This document shows positions 57,505-64,000 of a DNA stretch of 64,000 nt, piece by piece. This DNA comes from Crenarchaeota archaeon 13_1_40CM_3_52_17 (GTDB taxonomy: Archaea; Thermoproteota; Bathyarchaeia; 40CM-2-53-6). The position numbers and the translations under genes are program-made. The notes below the pieces were generated by a model. The model saw nothing but the letters and a program-made list of their open reading frames with translations, was not told the origin of the DNA and did no database searches. The number at the start of each line of letters is the position of its first letter. Position 1 is the stretch's first letter. The DNA lies in assembly GCA_001918745.1 (NCBI GenBank), contig MNGN01000031.1:33651-97650 (forward strand). The letters are read 5' to 3'.

Positions 57505-58551
57505 CTAGTTTGATCCCAACACCAGAATCTCTCTTGTCAAGCTTCTGTGAACGTATAACTCATGGCGATCGAAAATCTTGAACCCTTGAGACTCGGCTAG
57601 TTCAACGGCTCCGGTTCCCAAGGGAGATGCAAAGACAACCTTCCCCCAGGGAGAGAGAATGATTTTTGCCTGGGGTAAGAAGCGCGCCAGGATATCTTTT
57701 GTTGTCGATTTGAGGGTTGATGCCCCGGTCCCGTAAGGCGGGTCGGTAGCGATGGCATCAACGGTTCGCAGAGGAATGTTCCGGGCGTCGCCTCTGATTA
57801 GGCCGTAGGATTTGAGCCCGAAATGGGCGAGGTTTCTGCGAGCTGATCGGACCATTCGCGAGAGGGCATCGACTCCAACTACATTACAACCGAGAAGACT
57901 TGCCTCTATCGCAATGCCGCCGACCCCGCAGAAGGGGTCGAGAAATGTCTCTCCTTCTTTGACTTCCGACAAGTTCACCAGGCATCGGGCCAGTTTTGGG
58001 GGCATGGTGCTGGGATGGAAGACAGCCCGTTTTCGGGGGCGTCGGCGATGGATGCTCCCCTTCGGGCGCTGGTGCATGATCAGTCCTAGATGGAAAAGCG
58101 ATCCGGCGAGAATTCCCCGAAAGGGCTTTTTGGGGGATTGAAGATCGACTTTAGCGCCGGTCTTCTCTGCGAGTAGTTTTCCTAGATAGCCCTCTAGGTG
58201 GACTCTTGAGAGCTCTTTCGAGACTCCACCGAACCGTAACATTCGTATGCTGAAACTGTCTTGCGAGGAGAGAAATGGTTCGAGGTCAGTGAACTCAACC
58301 TCCCTCTTGATACTGGCTATGTTGTCTTCTGTGTGAAGAACTTCTTCTCCCATTTCGTCAAGATATCCTCCGCGACCGGCAATCGATTCCAACCCGGTGC
58401 GATCCGCTTCCACTTCTACAAGCTTGTAGAAATTACCCACTATCTTGTATTTTATCGCGTAGGCTTGGAGTATGGCTCTTAGTTCTGCGAGCGGCAGGGT
58501 GGGGTGTTCTCCAGATAGAATGAAGAAGAATCTGGCAGAGTTGCCGGCCAT
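57505..58551 (-). CDS. tRNA (guanine(10)-N2)-methyltransferase (Trm11/Trm-G10; THUMP + MTase)
   Basis: 348 aa; THUMP N-domain; DPFCGVGGIAIEA ... IATDPPYG. Confidence 0.7.
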   Translation of the reverse strand: MAGNSARFFFILSGEHPTLPLAELRAILQAYAIKYKIVGNFYKLVEVEADRTGLESIAGRGGYLDEMGEEVLHTEDNIASIKREVEFTDLEPFLSSQDSFSIRMLRFGGVSKELSRVHLEGYLGKLLAEKTGAKVDLQSPKKPFRGILAGSLFHLGLIMHQRPKGSIHRRRPRKRAVFHPSTMPPKLARCLVNLSEVKEGETFLDPFCGVGGIAIEASLLGCNVVGVDALSRMVRSARRNLAHFGLKSYGLIRGDARNIPLRTVDAIATDPPYGTGASTLKSTTKDILARFLPQAKIILSPWGKVVFASPLGTGAVELAESQGFKIFDRHELYVHRSLTREILVLGSN

Positions 58552-58624
58552 GTACTAGCGGATTGTCGCGAACATATATACGGAACCTCCGGGCCCGCAA
58601 CTTTCTCCACTGGAGAACTGGCTG

Positions 58625-58921
58625 TTGAGACGTTCCAAAGGCTTCAGAACAAAGACTAGAACACTGATCAGCAGGAAGCCCAGGGACCGCGGCAAGCAGC
58701 CCCTTGGAAGACTCCTTATCGCCTATGCTCCAGGCCAGATGGTCAAAATCATGATCAACCCCGCAGTCCAGAAAGGGATGCCGCACCGCCGGTACCATGG
58801 CCGGGTCGGAACTATCGCGGAGAAGCGTGGCCGCAGCTATGTCGTCGAGGTCGCCGGGACGAAAACCCCTCGTATCATCATCGCCAGACCGGAGCACATA
58901 ACCTCGGTAGAGGCGAGCTGA
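58625..58921 (+). CDS. rpl21e: ribosomal protein L21e (TTG start)
   Basis: 98 aa; RRSKGFRTKTRTLISRKPRDRGK. Confidence 0.85.
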   Translation: MRRSKGFRTKTRTLISRKPRDRGKQPLGRLLIAYAPGQMVKIMINPAVQKGMPHRRYHGRVGTIAEKRGRSYVVEVAGTKTPRIIIARPEHITSVEAS

Positions 58922-58922
58922 A

Positions 58923-59252
58923 ATGGCGAGAAAGATTGTCGAAGGAAAAATCGTAACGAATGCGGAGGCCCAAGAGATCCTGGGAAAGATTAAGGAGGAA
59001 GAGCTGGGAGAGTTCCAGCGCAGGACCCTTGACTATGCGCGGAAATTCTCGAAGATCTCGCCTGATAAGGCTGAGAAGCTCGTCGAGGATTTGTCTTCCA
59101 AACTTCAGCTGGATCGGAATGATGCAATCCAAATCGTGAACTCACTGCCAAAGACAATTGAAGAGCTTAGGGCAGTGTTAACTGTAAAGGGTAGGTTCGT
59201 AAGCACTGACCAACTGAACGGCATTCTGGAAATTATGAAACGGTACGTCTAG
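58923..59252 (+). CDS. rpoF: DNA-directed RNA polymerase subunit F (Rpo4)
   Basis: 109 aa; conserved archaeal position between rpl21e and DUF655/ksgA; helical Rpb4-like. Confidence 0.7.
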   Translation: MARKIVEGKIVTNAEAQEILGKIKEEELGEFQRRTLDYARKFSKISPDKAEKLVEDLSSKLQLDRNDAIQIVNSLPKTIEELRAVLTVKGRFVSTDQLNGILEIMKRYV

Positions 59253-59510
59253 TCGATAGAAGCTTCTGACCGATACCCAATTAAGGAGAAAACGTGTGGT
59301 CCTGAATGACCACGAATGGTTCTCCACCACTTTAACAGCGGCCGACGTGAGTCAACTGTGCTGTTGGAAGAGACATTCTAAGGGAGAAAGGAGAGCCTAT
59401 CCTCGGCAATTCACGAAGACGAGTATTTACAGAGAAGACATGTTTACGAAGAGTACGCGTACGTCCTAGACTATCTTCCGTATGGTAGGTCGTCGGAGAA
59501 GTCGAGGCAC

Positions 59511-59987
59511 TTGGCGGTTCCGACTGTCCAGATCATGGGTGAACAGTTCTTCACCTTGCTGGAGGCGGAGCTTAAGATTGGCGCTACTGTGCTGGTTCAC
59601 GAGCGAATCTACATTGGGCGCGAGCGGAGGGAGAAGGTTGACAGAATTCTTACGAGGATCAGCTACGACCAGCTCACGGCGAATGCGAAGGCTGAGATCG
59701 TGCCCTTGATCGCGGAATTGGTCAAAAGTCAAGAGAAAAGGTTTGTAGAATTCTTCAACAATTCGCAGCCTGTTACGCCTCGAATGCATTCGCTTGAGTT
59801 GTTGCCGGGTATTGGCAAGAAGTCGATGTGGCAGATTGTGAACATGAGAGAGAGGAAACCGTTCACCAGCTACAAGGATATCCAGGAACGAACTGGGCTC
59901 AGCGACATTCCGAAGATCGTCTCGAAAAGAATCATGGAAGAGCTGAGCACAGAGTCGAAGTACCGGCTTTTCACAAGGAGTGTATGA
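59511..59987 (+). CDS. DUF655 helix-hairpin-helix protein; conserved N-terminus (YEEYAYVLDYLPYG) lies upstream of this first ATG, frame open from 59382
   Basis: HhH motif LELLPGIGKKSMWQIV; the upstream in-frame segment has no ATG/GTG before a TTG at about 59496. Confidence 0.6.
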   Translation: MAVPTVQIMGEQFFTLLEAELKIGATVLVHERIYIGRERREKVDRILTRISYDQLTANAKAEIVPLIAELVKSQEKRFVEFFNNSQPVTPRMHSLELLPGIGKKSMWQIVNMRERKPFTSYKDIQERTGLSDIPKIVSKRIMEELSTESKYRLFTRSV

Positions 59988-60792
59988 GCTTGTGGCAACG
60001 CCCGTCCTATATCGACCGGTGAAGAGACTAGGCCAGAATTTCCTAGCAGACAAACACATCGCCTCAAGAGTAGTATCGACCGCCGAGCTGACTCGCACTG
60101 ATACTGTTCTCGAGCCTGGAGCAGGGTACGGGACCCTAACCCACCTTCTCGAAGAACAGGCAGGTCGAGTGCTCGCGGTCGAGAAAGACCGAAGACTAGT
60201 TTCGCACCTACGGAAAGAGTTCGAGAATAATCCGACTGTTTCTGTGATCGAGGGAGACGTACTCAAGATCCCTCTTCCACAGTTCAACAAGATGGTGGGA
60301 ACACCACCGTACGTTCTATCGTCAAAGCTGATCCTCTTTCTAGCAAAGAGAAAGCTTGAGCTTGCGTCTCTGGTGCTTCAGAAGGAGTTTGGAGAAAGGC
60401 TTCTAGCTGAGCCAGGAACTGCTGAATATGGAAGATTGTCCATTACGGCCCAACGTGATTTGAGGATTCGGCCGATCATGAACATCCCCGCCACCGCGTT
60501 TCGACCCCGCCCCAAGGTGGAGTCTATCCTTCTACGAATATCACCGAACGAAATCGATAGGGGTGTAGACAGCGAGTTGTTTGAGGAACTTGTACGTGGA
60601 TTATTCAACCAGCGCAGACGGGTCGTGAGAAGCTCTTTCCAACATTACCTATCCCAGAAAATGACACGGGAAAGGGCTCGTAAAACTCTAGAGGCTATGA
60701 CTCTGCCTGAAAAGAGAGTCTACCAGCTAACTATTCGTGATCTTGAGGATCTCTGTGAACAGCTCTCCAAGATTGATCTTCAACAGCAATAA
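59980..60792 (+). CDS. rsmA: 16S rRNA (adenine1518/1519-N6)-dimethyltransferase
   Basis: 270 aa; LGQNFLADKHI ... VLEPGAGYGTLT. Confidence 0.85.
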   Translation: MYELVATPVLYRPVKRLGQNFLADKHIASRVVSTAELTRTDTVLEPGAGYGTLTHLLEEQAGRVLAVEKDRRLVSHLRKEFENNPTVSVIEGDVLKIPLPQFNKMVGTPPYVLSSKLILFLAKRKLELASLVLQKEFGERLLAEPGTAEYGRLSITAQRDLRIRPIMNIPATAFRPRPKVESILLRISPNEIDRGVDSELFEELVRGLFNQRRRVVRSSFQHYLSQKMTRERARKTLEAMTLPEKRVYQLTIRDLEDLCEQLSKIDLQQQ

Positions 60793-60828
60793 TATATTGT
60801 AGACAGAACCATCGGTGCTGTATCTCCC

Positions 60829-60993
60829 ATGCCGATCACCGATGTGATGAAGAAACAGCTAGCGCAACGTCACAGGCTGTTCTTCAAAATATGCAGGACG
60901 TGCGGCTCACGGAACTCGCCGAACGCCTACAGATGTCGCCGTTGCCGGGGAGATAATCTTCGCTGGAAGAAACGAGAACTAGGCGCAAAGTAA
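60829..60993 (+). CDS. rpl40e: ribosomal protein L40e (not in the ORF track, 54 aa)
   Basis: MPITDVMKKQLAQRHRLFFKICRTCGSRNSPNAYRCRRCRGDNLRWKKRELGAK; C-x2-C ... C-x2-C zinc ribbon typical of L40e. Confidence 0.7.
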   Translation: MPITDVMKKQLAQRHRLFFKICRTCGSRNSPNAYRCRRCRGDNLRWKKRELGAK

Positions 60994-61006
60994 AGTATCA
61001 ACTGGT

Positions 61007-61888
61007 CTACTGCACCAGGGAGACCTGCTGGAGTAGCAACTTGGGAAGTTCTGATGGAACTTCAGCGACAAGTACACCGGCTTCTCTCAGACTCTCCATC
61101 TTAGCGTCTGCTGTTCCCTCTGTCCCGGTTATGATTGCGCCCGCATGGCCCATTCGCTTGCCTGGGGGTGCTGCTCGGCCGGCGATGTACGCCGCGACTC
61201 GTTTCGGATATTTCGTGTCGCGAATGTAATTCGCAGCGTCTTCCTCCCCAGAGCCTCCGATCTCTCCAATCAGAACGACTGTGTCGGTGTCGGGGTCGTC
61301 TCTGAAGAGTTTGAGAACGTCAACGAAGTTGAGTCCCGTAAATGGATCGCCACCTATTCCAAGACATGTGGATTGTCCGATTCCATCATGGGTCAGTGAT
61401 GCTGCGATTTCGTAGGTTAGGGTCCCGCTTCTTGACGCGAGGCCGACCTTGCCGGGTTTGAACACGTCGCCAGGCATTATGCCGAGCTTGGCCTCGCCTA
61501 CTGTGATTATTCCCGGTGTGTTGGGACCAATGATGGTTGCTCCACGGTTCTTTGCGTACTCTATGAGTATCATTGTGTCTCGCGCCGGTATCATTTCTGT
61601 AATTATCACAACAGGGTTAAGGCCGGCATCGATTGCTTCCATCCCAGCTTCCTTAGCGAACGGGGCTGGGACGAAAATGATTGAGGCATTCGCATTTGTT
61701 CTTTCGAGCGCTGAGGCTACCGTGTCGAAAACAGGCAGGCCAACTGCGGTCGTCCCGCCTTTTCCGGGAGTGACGCCAGCGACAATCCCGGTTCCATAGT
61801 CGAGCATGAGTTTAGCATGGAACGATCCTTGGTTGCCGGTTATTCCCTGAACAATCGCACGGGTCTGCTTCCCGATCAAAACTGCCAT
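61007..61888 (-). CDS. sucD: succinyl-CoA synthetase alpha subunit
   Basis: 293 aa; CoA-binding GITG plus phosphohistidine loop ... GHAGAII. Confidence 0.9.
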   Translation of the reverse strand: MAVLIGKQTRAIVQGITGNQGSFHAKLMLDYGTGIVAGVTPGKGGTTAVGLPVFDTVASALERTNANASIIFVPAPFAKEAGMEAIDAGLNPVVIITEMIPARDTMILIEYAKNRGATIIGPNTPGIITVGEAKLGIMPGDVFKPGKVGLASRSGTLTYEIAASLTHDGIGQSTCLGIGGDPFTGLNFVDVLKLFRDDPDTDTVVLIGEIGGSGEEDAANYIRDTKYPKRVAAYIAGRAAPPGKRMGHAGAIITGTEGTADAKMESLREAGVLVAEVPSELPKLLLQQVSLVQ

Positions 61889-63028
61889 CTATGCAACCAC
61901 CTTGCTCACAACGAGTCTGGCTGCTTCGTCCATCTTATCCATAGCCATCAGTCCCGCGGACTGGAGTATCTTTCGCCCTTCTTCCTGGTTGGTTCCGACC
62001 ATTCGTATGACGAGTGGCTTCTTGAGACCCATGACTTTCTTAACATCAACTATTCCTTTCGCGACTTCGTCGCATCTAGTAATTCCGGCTAGGATATTGA
62101 CGAATATTGCCTTAACCTTGTCAGCCCCCTGGATGATCTGGAGTGCTGTGGCCACATGCTCGGCATTGGCTCCGCCTCCGACATCGCAGAAGTTGGCCGG
62201 TTTCCCACCGTATTGTTTGACGAGGTCGAGTGTTGCCATGACGAGTCCCGCCCCGTTTCCGATGATGCCTATGTCGCCATCAAGTTCTACGAATGCGAGA
62301 CCGTTGTCGTGAGCTTTCGATTCCAAGGCGGTAACTTCACCGCTAATCTCTTTCGATCTCTCTTGGAACTCGGGATGTCGGAATAGACTGTTGTCGTCTA
62401 CTATCACTCTTAGATCAGCGGCGACGAAGCGGCCATCTTGCATCTCAATAACAGGATTACTCTCCACCAACTCGCCATCATAGATCACGGACAGTCGATA
62501 GAGGTTGGATAGGAAGTCGGTGAAGGTCCCCTGTTGGGCGCCTTGGTATCCGAGCTTCAAGGCAATAAGCCGGGCGTCATAGCTTCTCATTCCGAAGACG
62601 GGGTCGAGGGGGTGTCTGAGAACTTTCTCGGGGGTTTGTCGTGCGACCTCTTCAATGTCGATTCCGCCTTGGTCGCTGGCGAGAACTGTCTGGCATCGGT
62701 TTGCGCGATCTAGAACGATGCTGGCGAAGAGCTCCTTCTTCGCTGTAGCTCTCTGTTCGACGAGAACCTTCTTGACACGCTCGCCCTTGATGGTCATATT
62801 CAGAATCTCGGTTGCGCGGTCCCGTGTCTCGTCGGGTTTGCTGGCGAACTTTATTCCGCCGGCTTTTCCGCGTCCAGCGACGAGGACTTGGGCTTTGACT
62901 ACGGCCTCTCCACCAATACGCTTGTGAATATCCTTAGCTTCCTCCGCTGTGGAAGCCACCGCACCTTTGGGTGTGTTGATCCCGAGATTTTGCGCGATAG
63001 ACTTCGCCTCATACTCAAAGAGCTTCAA
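61889..63028 (-). CDS. sucC: succinyl-CoA synthetase beta subunit
   Basis: 379 aa; ATP-grasp, MKLFEYEAK; stop/start abutting sucD. Confidence 0.9.
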   Translation of the reverse strand: MKLFEYEAKSIAQNLGINTPKGAVASTAEEAKDIHKRIGGEAVVKAQVLVAGRGKAGGIKFASKPDETRDRATEILNMTIKGERVKKVLVEQRATAKKELFASIVLDRANRCQTVLASDQGGIDIEEVARQTPEKVLRHPLDPVFGMRSYDARLIALKLGYQGAQQGTFTDFLSNLYRLSVIYDGELVESNPVIEMQDGRFVAADLRVIVDDNSLFRHPEFQERSKEISGEVTALESKAHDNGLAFVELDGDIGIIGNGAGLVMATLDLVKQYGGKPANFCDVGGGANAEHVATALQIIQGADKVKAIFVNILAGITRCDEVAKGIVDVKKVMGLKKPLVIRMVGTNQEEGRKILQSAGLMAMDKMDEAARLVVSKVVA

Positions 63029-63105
63029 GTGATCAGATCCGAAGTTGCTCGCGTCAGAATCCTCTTTGGTATTTGGCTGTTACGGGAGTCACCAGGTTTG
63101 GCAGA

Positions 63106-63669
63106 TCAGTGGAACTTCTCCCCTTTCTCGAACATCTTGATCATCTGACTGATCTTCATCCTCCTCGATTCTGCGTTTTTTGCGTTCTCTAGCCTGAACA
63201 CAACGGAATAGATGTTGGTGCGGTTCAGCGTTCTGAAGAAGGCTTCCGCCTCCTTGTTCTTTCTGAGTGCTTTGATGAAATCCTCGGGCAGTTTCGCACT
63301 ACTTGGCGGGCTGTAGGCCCGGTCCCACCTGCCGTCTCGCTTCGCCGCCTCGACCTGCCTTAGGCCAGCTGGCTTCATTTTTCCTTGTTTTATCAGTGTC
63401 TCGGCGCGTTTGGTATTGACCTTTGACCAGATGCTCTTTGGTCTCCGAGGTACGAATCTGCCCAGCCATGACCTTTCACCATAAGGCCTGGCTTGGCCTG
63501 TAATCCATCCGTAGCACAACGCAACATCCAGCGCCTCAGAGGTGTTTATTGAAGAAACGTCAGAAGCCTTCTTGAAAAAGCGAATCCATATCCCCTTTGA
63601 CTCAGAGCATTTCTCAGCTAGCCACTTATCCCATTGACTCGCCGACCGGAATTCGAATATCTCGTCCAT
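63106..63669 (-). CDS. YdeI/OmpD-associated (OmdA) family protein
   Basis: 187 aa; WDKWLAE ... ALCYGWITGQ ... PAGLRQVEAAKRDGRWDRAY pattern. Confidence 0.65.
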   Translation of the reverse strand: MDEIFEFRSASQWDKWLAEKCSESKGIWIRFFKKASDVSSINTSEALDVALCYGWITGQARPYGERSWLGRFVPRRPKSIWSKVNTKRAETLIKQGKMKPAGLRQVEAAKRDGRWDRAYSPPSSAKLPEDFIKALRKNKEAEAFFRTLNRTNIYSVVFRLENAKNAESRRMKISQMIKMFEKGEKFH

Positions 63670-63780
63670 GGCACGGAAAGGTGAGGGAGGACATTGTTAA
63701 GTTGCCGGGCCGCCTCGAGCAAATTCCACCCACCGGCGTCAGCGGACTTAACAAAACCGCTGAAGGGGTTCCACTGAAGG

Positions 63781-64000
63781 TAATGCATTTATGAAGCAGG
63801 GGCTTCTTTGGCTTAGAAGTCGGTTTAAGACGACTGAGATAGGTTAACGCTTGTTCGGGCGCGAGATTCCCAAGGGTCGAGAAGCTCAGGTAGACAAGAC
63901 CCTACCACTCTGTCGGGACAGGTTCGGGTATTAATGGTAAAGACTATCCTTGACAGTTTCTGTGTCAAGAGCGGAATCTTTTGCTCTCGATGCGAAGAGA
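63781..64000. other. non-coding region with several hairpins (GAAGC-N5-GCTTC, CTTGACA-N8-TGTCAAG, GAGC-N10-GCTC)
   Basis: no ORF; possible UTR or small RNA; no family motif recognised. Confidence 0.2.

Noticed and set aside
1-64000. CRISPR arrays, cas genes, transposases, integrases
   Set aside because: No regularly spaced direct repeats of 24-40 nt and no recognisable Cas, transposase or integrase motifs were seen in any frame.

Overview
This 64 kb window is an archaeal chromosomal segment of about 53% GC, dense in housekeeping genes and carrying a marked protein and amino-acid catabolism component. No CRISPR array, mobile element, rRNA or tRNA was found. The most interesting signals are a TATA box bracketed by GTTAC-N5-GTAAC palindromes upstream of a regulator–Hsp20 operon, a hut cluster with an embedded CofE-like ligase, several decayed or disrupted genes, and a recurring absence of canonical start codons upstream of conserved N-terminal segments.

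- **Core informational genes:** recognised are LSm, RpoP, RpoF, Nop5–fibrillarin, tRNA-splicing endonuclease, GlyRS, CCA enzyme, RNase Z, Trm-G10, RlmE, KsgA, RNase HII, L21e, a small L40e gene missed by the ORF track, THEP1 NTPase and SepF.
- **Metabolic genes:** present are IMPDH, PyrD, PyrE, SAH hydrolase, succinyl-CoA synthetase alpha and beta subunits, and a fused HMG-CoA synthase–DUF35.
- **Histidine utilisation cluster:** hutH, a translationally coupled CofE-like gamma-glutamyl ligase, hutU and hutI, with an M29 aminopeptidase immediately upstream.
- **Peptidase inventory:** M24, an M16 pair, and three C-terminally membrane-anchored, N-glycosylation-sequon-rich surface proteins, of which two are metalloproteases (M6-like and metzincin-like).
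- **Transporters:** two ABC transporters.
- **Regulators:** a PadR–signal peptidase I pair and an ArsR-like regulator–Hsp20 operon whose TATA box is bracketed by GTTAC-N5-GTAAC palindromes.
- **Gene decay and disruption:** an acyl-CoA dehydrogenase pseudogene with at least four frameshifts and no start codon, a frameshifted amidohydrolase, and a LarA-like gene lacking a canonical start.
- **Start codons:** TTG and GTG starts are frequent. Several conserved N-terminal segments lie upstream of the first canonical start codon (THEP1, DUF655, UPF0201-like, LarA-like).
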